64,000 bases of DNA from an uncultured cyanobacterium (GTDB lineage: Bacteria; Cyanobacteriota; Cyanobacteriia; Leptolyngbyales; Leptolyngbyaceae), in contig CAVYAN010000013.1 of NCBI GenBank assembly GCA_963766075.1, positions 1 to 64,000 on the forward strand, written 5' to 3'. The translations under genes were made by a program, and so were the position numbers. Shown in pieces: positions 9,500-18,859 of this stretch (within the stretch, counting starts at the first letter, position 1; each line of letters begins with the position of its first letter). A model generated the notes under the pieces. That model made no database searches, was not told the DNA's origin, and saw only the letters and a list, made by a program, of their open reading frames with translations.

Positions 9500-12295
9500 A
9501 TGGAAATTCTCTCCGTCAGCCTGAAAAACTTTAAGTCCCACAGCGATCGCCATTTTGAGTTCCAACCGGGGACCAATGCGATTTGTGGCGAAAATGGTGC
9601 TGGGAAAACGAGTATTTTAGAAGCGATCGCTTGGACCCTGTTTAATTATCGCGGGGCTTATCGTAATGAAGACCTGATTCGCAACGGAGCCGCCAGTGCC
9701 CAAGTGATCATTGCCTTCATATCCAGTCGCGATCAGCGCACCTACGAAATCAGTCGCTGCACGCGATCGGGCTACACCCTGTTTGATCCTCAACTGGGGG
9801 AAAAGCTGGACTATACCCGCATTGATGAAGAAGTCATGCCCTGGCTGCGTCAACACTTGGGCGTTGCTCCCGGTGCCGATTTAGGCAAGCTGTTTGCCAA
9901 CACCATCGGCGTGCCCCAGGGAACCTTTACCGCCGATTTTTTATTGGCCACTGAAAAGCGTAAACCCATCTTCGATGCCATCCTCAAAGTCGAAGAGTAT
10001 CGCCAAGCCAATCAGCAGCTTTTGGGCTTAGAAAAGTATGCCAAAGCCGCCGTCGATCGCTGGGAGCGGGACATTGCGCAGTACGATGAAGCCCTCAGCG
10101 AACTGCCAGACTTGGAGCAGCGGCGATCGCAATTGCAGACCGATTTGGCTCGAATTCAAGCCGAATTGCAGCACTGGCAGACCCAGGTTGAAACCTTGCA
10201 GGCGGAACGCGATCGCCTCAGCCACCAAGCCAAGCAGCAGCAAACCCTCACGGCCACAGTCGCCCAGTTGACGACCCAGATTCACGCTCAGCAGCAGCTT
10301 GTTCAGCACTGCCAAGCCGAGCTCGCCGCCGCCGAAGCCGCTGCCCAGCAGTGCATCGACAACCGCGATGCCTACCAAACGGTCACCCAAGCCGATGCCG
10401 CTCTTGTTGAACTGGAACAGTCCCGCCGCATTCAGCAAACCCTGATGCAACAGCGCCAGCAGGAATCCGAACAATTGGCCAAACTCCAAACCCAGGCGGC
10501 TACCCTAGCGCATCAACTGGAAAATTTAGCCGCCGCTGCTGTAGAAATTAACCGCTTAACCCCCCTGCTGGACCAACAAACCCAGATTGAACAGCAGCAG
10601 CAGACCGTCCAGCACCAGCTCCAAACCTGTCAGAGTTGGAGACACTCCATCACCACGACCCAGCAGCAACGACAGCAATTGGCCGATCGCCAAGCCGAAC
10701 TGCACCGCCAAATTGTCGAAACCGATGCCCTGAAGGCCGTCGTAGCCCAAATTCCTGAGTTGGAACAGCAGCAGCAGCGCTATCAACAGCAACTCAGTCG
10801 GGTGGCTGCCGCCGCCCAGTTTGAAGCGGAACTGGCCAAAATCGTTGAACAATCCCACAGCAGCAGCGATCGCCACCAAGTTCAAACCCAAGCGGCGATC
10901 GCGGCCCTCCAGGATCTGCAATCAGCCCTCCCCGATCTGGCTGCCGATCTGGCTGCCGATCTGGCCCCTCACTTAGCTGCCCCCATTACCCTCATCCTCA
11001 CGACCTTGCAGGCAGGGGGAGCACTGCATCGGCAATTCGTCACCGAATTGCAGGGGATTCTGGATGATCTGAAGGAGCAGGTATCCGCCCCAAAATTAGA
11101 ACAGCAACTACACACCGCGACCGCGTTGCTGCACACCGCCCGCCAACAGCAAACCCAACTGTTTAAGCGCGAATCCCTAATCGCCGAGCACGAACGTCTG
11201 ACCCAACAAGACCAAGACCTCGCCCAGTCAATTGCCCACCAGGAAGCTCAACTCGCCATCGAACCTGATCTGCTCGCCCAGCAGACCCAGTTTGCCCAAG
11301 CCCTGGCCGACCTCGATAACCCCAAGGGCAAACAGCAGCTTTTGCAGCGACAACTCCAAGACCAGCCCCAGTTGTTCACCCAGCAGCAGGCCCTAGCGGC
11401 ACAGGTACAGGTTAAACAGGCTGCGATCGCTCACCTTGACCGTCAACTGGCCCCCCTGCAAGACTTGACCCAGCAGATCGAAGTCCAACAGCAATGCCGC
11501 GCCGCCCATTTCGCTCGCTATCAGATTTATCTGGAATACCAACAGTTAGCCAATACCCGCCGCCCCCGCCGAGAACAACTGGAGACTGCCGCGAGCCATT
11601 TAGAAGCCTTGCAAAACAGCCTGATCCCCGTCAATCAACAACTCACTGACCTGATCCAAACCTACAACCCCGACCAATTCCAAGCCATTCAAACGGCCTA
11701 CCAGGAGGCCAGTAACCAAAAAAATTACCTGGGCGGCAGTCTACCGGAAATGAGCAAGCGTTTAGAAGACCTAGAGCGCCAGATTACCAAGCTACAGACT
11801 GTCCAGGCCAAACGGACCGAGGCCCAAGCCGAGCTCAAACGGTGCAGCAAGGTCGATCGCTTCATCCGCTTTGCCCGCAAAGTCTATAAAGAAGCGGGGC
11901 CCCGCATTACCGAACGCTATGTCCACAGCATTTCCCACGAAGCCGACAAGCTATTCCGCGAACTGCTCAACCGTCCCAATGTCGGACTGGAATGGACCCG
12001 CGACTACGAAATTATTGTGCAAGAGGGGGCCCACTCTCGTCGCCTCATCAACCTATCCGGTGGCGAACAAATGTGTGCTGCTCTTGCCGTGCGGTTAGCA
12101 CTGCTGAAGGTGCTGGCCGATATTGACATTGCCTTCTTTGATGAACCGACTACTAATATGGACCGCCCCCGCCGTGCCCATCTGGCTGAGGCGATCGCCA
12201 ATATTAAAACCTTCCGCCAGCTCTTTGTCATTAGCCACGACGATACCTTTGAGAACGTCACCGAAAACATCATTGTGGTTGAGCGCGAGGGCTAG
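9500..12295 (+). CDS. SbcC/Rad50-like SMC-family ATPase
   Basis: Walker A GENGAGKT, Q-loop PQG, long Gln-rich coiled coil, signature LSGGE, Walker B/D-loop FFDEPTTNMD and H-loop ISH. Confidence 0.88.
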   Translation: MEILSVSLKNFKSHSDRHFEFQPGTNAICGENGAGKTSILEAIAWTLFNYRGAYRNEDLIRNGAASAQVIIAFISSRDQRTYEISRCTRSGYTLFDPQLGEKLDYTRIDEEVMPWLRQHLGVAPGADLGKLFANTIGVPQGTFTADFLLATEKRKPIFDAILKVEEYRQANQQLLGLEKYAKAAVDRWERDIAQYDEALSELPDLEQRRSQLQTDLARIQAELQHWQTQVETLQAERDRLSHQAKQQQTLTATVAQLTTQIHAQQQLVQHCQAELAAAEAAAQQCIDNRDAYQTVTQADAALVELEQSRRIQQTLMQQRQQESEQLAKLQTQAATLAHQLENLAAAAVEINRLTPLLDQQTQIEQQQQTVQHQLQTCQSWRHSITTTQQQRQQLADRQAELHRQIVETDALKAVVAQIPELEQQQQRYQQQLSRVAAAAQFEAELAKIVEQSHSSSDRHQVQTQAAIAALQDLQSALPDLAADLAADLAPHLAAPITLILTTLQAGGALHRQFVTELQGILDDLKEQVSAPKLEQQLHTATALLHTARQQQTQLFKRESLIAEHERLTQQDQDLAQSIAHQEAQLAIEPDLLAQQTQFAQALADLDNPKGKQQLLQRQLQDQPQLFTQQQALAAQVQVKQAAIAHLDRQLAPLQDLTQQIEVQQQCRAAHFARYQIYLEYQQLANTRRPRREQLETAASHLEALQNSLIPVNQQLTDLIQTYNPDQFQAIQTAYQEASNQKNYLGGSLPEMSKRLEDLERQITKLQTVQAKRTEAQAELKRCSKVDRFIRFARKVYKEAGPRITERYVHSISHEADKLFRELLNRPNVGLEWTRDYEIIVQEGAHSRRLINLSGGEQMCAALAVRLALLKVLADIDIAFFDEPTTNMDRPRRAHLAEAIANIKTFRQLFVISHDDTFENVTENIIVVEREG

Positions 12296-12390
12296 GATGA
12301 GGGAGTAAAAAAGAACTGATGAATTATCCCTTGCATCGGCGAGAGATTCGTTAAAGTAAAGGCGGAAAGAATTTAAACCTGCTCTCCACC

Positions 12391-13977
12391 ATGCCTGACA
12401 AGCTCTCGATCGCTCAGCATTATCACGATCGCACCAAGTATGATCCCGCCACGATCAACGCCAAAAGCCAAAAACTGGACTGGGCTCAACAGCCCTTGCC
12501 GTTTAAGGAATACAAAATTGGGGCGACCATCGATCTGAAACCCTATCTCAAGGAACCTGATCCGGATGCCAACCAGGATGCCAAACATCATCCCTTGGAC
12601 GGAGACAATGCCCCAAGTCAGTCTTCCAACCCCGCTTGGTGGCAACGGTTGTCCCGACTTTTGCACCGCAGCTACGGCCTCACGGCCATGGTCCAAACGC
12701 CCCAAGGCCCCCACTACTTGAGATCGGCTCCCTCGGCAGGGGGATTGTACCCCGCTGAAGTCTACTTAATTTCCCGAGGCACCCCCACCTTGGCTGCTGG
12801 CTTATACAACTACCAAGCCATGAGCCACGGGCTAGTCCATTTCTGGGAAAGCGACATTTGGACCAAGTTGCAGGCCGCTTGCTTCTGGCATCCTACCTTA
12901 GAGCAAACCCAGGTGGCCCTTGTGGTCACGGCAGTCTTTTTCCGCTCGGCATGGCGCTATCAGGACCGTGCCTATCGCCGCATTTTTTTGGATACAGGGC
13001 ATCTGTTGGGAAATATCGAATTGGCTGGGGCGCTCAATAGTTTTCGGCCCCATGTGATTGGCAGCTTTGCCGATACCGCGATTAATCAACTGCTCTATTT
13101 AGATGCCGACCAGGAAGGGGCGATCGCTGTGTTGCCCCTCGCCGATCTCCTCGAAGTCAAGCAAAACTTGCCCCTCGCCCGGACCACCCTGCCCACCGCC
13201 ACCCACACTGACGCAGCCAAGGTTTACAGCAAAATTGCCGACGGCGACCTCCTGGCCTACTTTCACAAAGCGACTCAAATGCCTCTGGATCCCCAAGCCA
13301 AAGTCAACTGGAAACTAGCTCCGGATCAGAAATCAACGGACAAATACAATTTCCCCTTTTGCCTAAAGGTGAGTATGGAAACCCCACCCATCCAGTGGGG
13401 ACCGCAACTGGATCATCTGGAGCAAACCCTGCTGGAGCGCCGTTCTACCCGATTGTTTTCTGGGGCTGCCCTCAGCTTAGCCGAATTGAAAGCCGTGTTG
13501 GACTTCACCTACCAACCGCAGCATTACCGACTGCAAGACTTGGATGGCTCTCCCGACTATTTTGATCTGAGCTGGGTCGAAACCTTTATTGCCGTATCGG
13601 CGGTAGACGGATTGGAAGATGGCTGTTACTACTATGCCCCGCGATCGCAGGAGCTGCGCCAAGTCCGGTTTAAGAACTTTCGCCAGGAATTGCATTTCCT
13701 CTGCTTAGGACAGGAACTAGGCCGGGATGCAGGGGCCGTATTGTTTCATACCGCCGATTTGCGCGCTGCCGTGGCCGAATGCGGCGATCGCGTTTACCGC
13801 TATCTGCATATGGATGCAGGACACCTGGGGCAACGGCTAAACCTGGCCGCAATTCATCTGGGCTTGGGAGTCAGCGGCATCGCTGGATTTTTCGATGACC
13901 AAGTCAATGAGGTTCTGGGCATTCCAGCGGATGAAGCCGTGCTTTACATTACCACCCTCGGACGCGGAGCCCAATAA
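12391..13977 (+). CDS. SagB/ThcOx-family FMN oxidoreductase with two nitroreductase-like domains
   Basis: RSAPSAGGLYPAEVY, RYQDRAYRRIFLDTGH, RRSTR and YRYLHMDAGHLGQ motifs. Confidence 0.85.
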   Translation: MPDKLSIAQHYHDRTKYDPATINAKSQKLDWAQQPLPFKEYKIGATIDLKPYLKEPDPDANQDAKHHPLDGDNAPSQSSNPAWWQRLSRLLHRSYGLTAMVQTPQGPHYLRSAPSAGGLYPAEVYLISRGTPTLAAGLYNYQAMSHGLVHFWESDIWTKLQAACFWHPTLEQTQVALVVTAVFFRSAWRYQDRAYRRIFLDTGHLLGNIELAGALNSFRPHVIGSFADTAINQLLYLDADQEGAIAVLPLADLLEVKQNLPLARTTLPTATHTDAAKVYSKIADGDLLAYFHKATQMPLDPQAKVNWKLAPDQKSTDKYNFPFCLKVSMETPPIQWGPQLDHLEQTLLERRSTRLFSGAALSLAELKAVLDFTYQPQHYRLQDLDGSPDYFDLSWVETFIAVSAVDGLEDGCYYYAPRSQELRQVRFKNFRQELHFLCLGQELGRDAGAVLFHTADLRAAVAECGDRVYRYLHMDAGHLGQRLNLAAIHLGLGVSGIAGFFDDQVNEVLGIPADEAVLYITTLGRGAQ

Positions 13978-14092
13978 TCTGCGTCTAGAATTGAACCCTT
14001 TGGGGGGATCAAGGGTCTAAGCCTATGAAGACGGATAAACACCGATATTTTCTGCTGCACCCCTTGATTCTTACCACGCCCAATCCTTGGAA

Positions 14093-14563
14093 ATGATGAA
14101 CGCAAAATTTTTACTCCCCGAGATCGCCCTTGGCCTCTCCGTGCTTAGCCTCTCTGCGATCGTCCTTCTGCCTGAAGCGGCACGGGCCAGTTCTCCAACC
14201 CTGAAACAACAGGCTCCAGGGCATCTGGCCCCAGAACCTATGGCCGTAGACCTCCTAGCCAGAGGCGAAGACGACAAACTTAATCTCAGTGCTGATCAAA
14301 AAATCAAAAATAAGCGCATCCGTGAAGAGAGCCGCGATCAGATTCAACGTATCCTGACAACGGACCAACAAAATCAGTGGAAAGCCGCGCAACAACAAGG
14401 CCAGAAAGGCCGAGAAGTCATGCCTTCCCTCAACCTTTCCGACAGCCAAAAAAACCAAATTCGCGCCATTCAAAAGGTCACTAAAGAGCGGATCGAAGCG
14501 CTACTCACTCCCGAACAGCGCGAAAAAATGCGCCAGCGCAGCCGCTCTAGGCGCAGTACTTAA
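14093..14563 (+). CDS. Periplasmic Spy/CpxP-like (LTXXQ) protein
   Basis: Signal peptide, repeated LNLSxxQK and ILTTDQ/LLTPEQ motifs. Confidence 0.75.
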   Translation: MMNAKFLLPEIALGLSVLSLSAIVLLPEAARASSPTLKQQAPGHLAPEPMAVDLLARGEDDKLNLSADQKIKNKRIREESRDQIQRILTTDQQNQWKAAQQQGQKGREVMPSLNLSDSQKNQIRAIQKVTKERIEALLTPEQREKMRQRSRSRRST

Positions 14564-14674
14564 CCCGTGCTTAATCTAGGCCACGGTCGAGACAAGAATC
14601 GGTCGGGATCAGAATGCAGCAGCAACTTGCCCGCTCCTGCATTCCTGGTCCTGGCCGGGTGAGGCCCAGCCGAT

Positions 14675-15034
14675 TTAGCCCAACGCCGCAGGCAAAAAGC
14701 GGAAGATCACCGAATTAATCACACTGAGCAGAAACGCACCGATGACCGCGCTCCAAAACCCCCAGCGCAACCGGAAACCCTGTACCAACCAGGCCGCTAG
14801 CCCAAAGATAAACACGTTCACCACAAAGGCAAATGCCCCAAAACTAATCCAGCTCAGCGGCAGCGTCAGGAATTTTAACAACCATCCCAGGGTTGCATTC
14901 AGAATGCCAAACACCGCTGCCGACCAAAATGCTTTTTTCAAGCCATCAATTTCGACCCCCAAAGGTAGCAGCGAAATCACATAAAGGCTGATGGCAGTCA
15001 CGGCCCACACAATTAAAAGATTGACAATCCACAT
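14675..15034 (-). CDS. 4-TM phage-holin-family (YvlD-like) membrane protein
   Basis: Four hydrophobic helices with the GILNA..LKFLTLPL..ISFG pattern. Confidence 0.75.
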   Translation of the reverse strand: MWIVNLLIVWAVTAISLYVISLLPLGVEIDGLKKAFWSAAVFGILNATLGWLLKFLTLPLSWISFGAFAFVVNVFIFGLAAWLVQGFRLRWGFWSAVIGAFLLSVINSVIFRFLPAALG

Positions 15035-15506
15035 AAACCAAAAGCTCCCTTGCTTATCCTAAAAGTCCTTGTGAACTCATGAAGTTCTTGTGAACTAATT
15101 TTTAAGAAAGTTGCTCCCAGAGTCAAGGGATAGAAGCTTAAGGAATCTGTAATTTCCGTTACAACTGGAGCATTAAATAATAGCTCCATGCACCAAGATG
15201 CCCAATTAGCAGGCCATTCACAGAAAAACGAAGAAATTTCTGCCACCTATTTGCCAACCAATCACACTTACAATACATCGAGATTTGTAACAGACTTTAT
15301 ACTTTTACATCGGATTGACGAGATGACCGCGATCGGGCGTAACCATTCAGCAGTTCCGTCCAGCAGTTCCGTCCAGCGAACTTCGATCGCGAGGTCAGCG
15401 CTCTGTTCTATACCCGCAGTGGCATCGTGGAGTAGTGGTTAATTCATGACAGGCCGCCGCGATCGCGGTCTATGATCAGCCCACGCCCGTGGGCGATGAA
15501 GCAGAT

Positions 15507-15628
15507 TCGACTGACCGAGATGGCTCCCTTCGACTCCGCTCAGGGAGCAGTCCTTCGATTTCGCTCAGGAAGCCATCCTGCGCTGGCTGAGCAGACCTGC
15601 GCTGGCTTCGACTCCGCTCAGCCAGCGA
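15507..15628. repeat. REP-like element cluster (core CTTCGACTCCGCTCAG), copy 2
   Basis: Cores at 15528-15543, 15553-15568 (two mismatches) and 15606-15621, plus a partial inverted copy near 15581-15593. Confidence 0.75.
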
Positions 15629-15638
15629 TATTATTTTT

Positions 15639-15694
15639 TAGAAATCGCCCGCTAGAAATCGCCCACTAGAAATCGCCCACTAGAAATCGTCCAC
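15639..15694. repeat. 14-bp tandem repeat TAGAAATCG(C/T)CC(A/G)C x4 overlapping the rsmH stop codon
   Basis: Units read directly at 15639, 15653, 15667 and 15681. Confidence 0.9.
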
Positions 15695-16732
15695 AACGCG
15701 CTCTGCAATCCGCAGCTTTGCCGATCGCGATCGCGCATTTTGCTGCAACTCTACTTCTTCAGCCATGATCGGCTTTTTGGTCAACACCTTTAATCCAGGT
15801 GATTCCCTTAGCCGATGTTTGACAATTCGATCTTCTAAACTGTGGAAACTAATGATAACAATTCGTCCGCCCGGTTTTAGCCACGTTGCCGCTTTACCGA
15901 TAAACGTGGTTAAAACATCCAGTTCTGCATTCACTGCAATCCGTAGCGCCTGAAACACACGAGTCGCTGGATGGATACGCCCGTGGCGATACTTGCCCGG
16001 AACACAGCGGGCGATCGCCTCGGCCAAAGCCGTTGTCGTTTGAAATGGGCGATCCTCCACAATTCGGCGGGCAATCCGACGGGACAGTCGCTCTTCCCCG
16101 TAGGTATAAAAAATATGCGCCAGCTTGACTTCTTCCCAGTAGTTAATGATATCGCCTGCCGTCAGTTCCTGGCGCTGATCCATACGCATGTCCAAATCCG
16201 CCGTGTGGCGAAAACTGAACCCGCGCTCGGCAATGTCAAACTGGGCCGAACTGACCCCCAAGTCCGCCAGAATGCCATCGAATTTCTGGTCGCCGGGATC
16301 GTAGGCGGCAAAATTACTGCGATGAAATTGGATCCGATCCGAAAATTCCGCCAGTTCCGTCCGAGCCGCCGCGATCGCCCAAGCATCCTGATCCAGCGCC
16401 GTCACCCGCACCGTGGGATCAGCAGCCAAAATCAAGCGACTGTGCCCGCCACCCCCCACCGTGGCATCCAGGTAGCAGCCCTGGGGGACGATCGCCAATC
16501 CCGCCACCACCGCCTGCGGCAATACCGAAGTATGAGCAAAACCCGGCCCCTCTGGCAGATTTGGATTGTCTACCGCCGTATCTTGCCCGTAATTAAGCTC
16601 CAAACCATCCACCGCATTGACATCATCCACAGCGTGCGCCCACTCACAATAATCGGGATCCCGAATGGATTTTGAATCCAGCGTCATTCCTAGCTTAACC
16701 GCCCGGTTACCGCTGCGATCGCCGGACATCAT
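15680..16732 (-). CDS. rsmH: 16S rRNA (cytosine(1402)-N4)-methyltransferase; true start may be downstream
   Basis: [47 protein letters not shown] and RSRSAKLR motifs. Confidence 0.95.
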   Translation of the reverse strand: MMSGDRSGNRAVKLGMTLDSKSIRDPDYCEWAHAVDDVNAVDGLELNYGQDTAVDNPNLPEGPGFAHTSVLPQAVVAGLAIVPQGCYLDATVGGGGHSRLILAADPTVRVTALDQDAWAIAAARTELAEFSDRIQFHRSNFAAYDPGDQKFDGILADLGVSSAQFDIAERGFSFRHTADLDMRMDQRQELTAGDIINYWEEVKLAHIFYTYGEERLSRRIARRIVEDRPFQTTTALAEAIARCVPGKYRHGRIHPATRVFQALRIAVNAELDVLTTFIGKAATWLKPGGRIVIISFHSLEDRIVKHRLRESPGLKVLTKKPIMAEEVELQQNARSRSAKLRIAERVVDDF

Positions 16733-16974
16733 TTCCCTTCTATCGTTCTACTCCCAAAAGCCAATACCTACCACTCCCTTAGCGGATACAGTGCTGAACC
16801 GCCGATAGCAAGAAGCTTCCACGGGCCAAAGCCGAAAATCCCCCAGGCCAAAACCACCTAAATCTGCGGAATCAACGTGGCAGGACGCTGTACATCCCTA
16901 CGAACATCCCTATAATTAGTGAGGCATGCCAATGCAAACAGTCCAGAACCATCGCGACGGGAGACAGTCCACCT

Positions 16975-18159
16975 ATGGCAATGATCGAGACGAAAACAGA
17001 ACCCATGATCATCAACATGGGTCCGCAACATCCCTCCATGCACGGCGTGCTGCGGCTGATCGTCACTCTGGACGGGGAAAATGTGATTGACTGCGAACCT
17101 GTGATTGGCTACTTGCATCGCGGCATGGAAAAGATCGCCGAAAATCGCACTTCCGTGATGTATGTGCCCTACGTCAGCCGTTGGGACTATGCAGCGGGGA
17201 TGTTCAACGAAGCCGTCACCGTCAATGCCCCGGAAAAACTAGCCGGAATTCCCGTCCCCAAGCGGGCCAGCTACATCCGCGTGATCATGCTAGAGCTAAA
17301 CCGGATTGCCAATCACCTGCTGTGGCTTGGCCCCTTTTTGGCGGACGTGGGCGCTCAAACTCCCTTCTTCTATATTTTTCGCGAACGGGAAATGATTTAT
17401 GATCTGTGGGAAGCCGCGACGGGCTATCGCATGGTCAACAACAACTACTGGCGCATTGGCGGCGTGGCGGCGGACTTGCCCTATGGCTGGGTGGACAAGT
17501 GCGAAGAGTTCTGTGACTACTTCCTGCCTAAAGTAGATGAGTACGAAAAACTGATTACCAATAACCCCATCTTCCGCCGCCGGATTGAGGGGATTGGCAC
17601 CATTTCCCGCGAAGAAGCCATTAACTGGAGCCTCTCTGGACCCATGCTGCGGGCTTCGGGAGTGCAGTGGGATCTGCGCAAGGTTGACCACTACGAGTGC
17701 TACGACGACTTTGACTGGGATGTGCAGTGGACCACGGAAGGTGACTGTTTTGCCCGCTACGTTGTTCGGATTCGGGAAATGCGTGAGTCGATCAAAATTT
17801 TGAAACAGGCCCTGAAGGGATTACCCGGTGGCCCTTACGAAAATCTGGAAGCCCAACGCATGATCGCTGGGCCGAAGTCCGAGTGGGATGGGCCAGATTA
17901 CCAATACATTAGTAAAAAGGTGGCTCCAACCTTCAAGATTCCCAAGGGCGAACACTACGTCCGAGTGGAAAGCGGCAAGGGCGAATTGGGCATCTATATT
18001 CAGGGAAATGACAATGTGTTTCCCTGGCGGTTCAAGATTCGGGCGGCGGATTTCAACAATCTGCAAATTTTCCCGCATCTGCTGACCGGCATGAAGGTGG
18101 CGGATATTGTGGCGATTCTGGGTAGTATTGACATCATCATGGGGTCGGTGGATCGCTAA
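16975..18159 (+). CDS. ndhH: NAD(P)H-quinone oxidoreductase subunit H
   Basis: [24 protein letters not shown] and C-terminal [12 protein letters not shown]. Confidence 0.97.
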   Translation: MAMIETKTEPMIINMGPQHPSMHGVLRLIVTLDGENVIDCEPVIGYLHRGMEKIAENRTSVMYVPYVSRWDYAAGMFNEAVTVNAPEKLAGIPVPKRASYIRVIMLELNRIANHLLWLGPFLADVGAQTPFFYIFREREMIYDLWEAATGYRMVNNNYWRIGGVAADLPYGWVDKCEEFCDYFLPKVDEYEKLITNNPIFRRRIEGIGTISREEAINWSLSGPMLRASGVQWDLRKVDHYECYDDFDWDVQWTTEGDCFARYVVRIREMRESIKILKQALKGLPGGPYENLEAQRMIAGPKSEWDGPDYQYISKKVAPTFKIPKGEHYVRVESGKGELGIYIQGNDNVFPWRFKIRAADFNNLQIFPHLLTGMKVADIVAILGSIDIIMGSVDR

Positions 18160-18192
18160 CGCCTTTCCCTCTCCTCGCATTTCGATCTCATC

Positions 18193-18224
18193 CCCTGGCT
18201 CTTTCCCCAAGAGCCAGGGTTTTT
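18193..18224 (+). terminator. Intrinsic terminator after ndhH
   Basis: Stem CCCTGGCTCTT / AAGAGCCAGGG with a 5-nt loop, followed by TTTTT. Confidence 0.85.
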
Positions 18225-18226
18225 AT

Positions 18227-18840
18227 TCAGACGCCTGAAATTTGAAACACATCATTCGCGAACATTTCTGTGAGTGCGCCTAAGTAGGGCAAAAAGATTG
18301 CCACGTCATGGGGAGAAAGGCGATCGTGCATTTCCCAGCCGATCGCCTGTAACATCTCTTGGACCAGCCTCCAGCTTACTTGCAGGCGTGGGCAAAGCAT
18401 TGCACAGAGAGGGAACAACTCGCGTTGCACCGACGCGATGCTATCTTCCAACACACACAGACAGAGATACACCTGAAACATCTCGACATCCCGAATACTC
18501 GATATTCTCACGTGCGGAGCGCTGAGTAGACCGCTATAGGTTTCATAGCTGGTGTATTGACGACAGACCTGTTTACATACTTCCTGGGCAATTCGTGTGC
18601 ATGGGACTCAGCCGCAATTTGCCAAGGATTAATTACGTTCAGATCAATCCCATGACGACGAACTTCTTCGGCCAAGAGATTTTCGGTCAACGACCAAGCT
18701 TGGGCACTGGCTAATTTTAGATTCTGCCTCAATTGGTTGGCTGTGCGAATACGACCTTCCTGGGAGGTAATTTCTGCTACATCAGTACTTTTAAGGAGTC
18801 GTTCAGTCTTCCATGATGTCTGCCGCTGCCGAACATTTTC
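18227..18840 (-). pseudogene. Remnant of a cyanobacterial hypothetical protein, 5'-truncated and apparently internally deleted
   Basis: Two protein-like fragments in different frames (...ASAQAWSLTENLLAEEVRRHGID...PWQIA and SSIRDVEMFQVYL...ELFPLC...). The upstream frame stays open to the RND stop with no ATG. Confidence 0.55.
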
Positions 18841-18859
18841 TGATCGCTACTTCTGATCG

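Noticed and set aside
12391..13977. Azole-containing RiPP (TOMM/cyanobactin) cluster around the SagB-like gene
   Set aside because: No YcaO, precursor peptide or protease is nearby; it appears to be a standalone oxidoreductase.
9458..13977. SMC-like ATPase as part of a Wadjet/Lamassu-type defence system
   Set aside because: No kleisin/KITE, effector or nuclease genes are adjacent; the flanks are ordinary HIP1-rich genes.
14675..15034. Prophage suggested by the 'phage holin family' protein
   Set aside because: There are no other phage genes, and this membrane family is common in chromosomal contexts.
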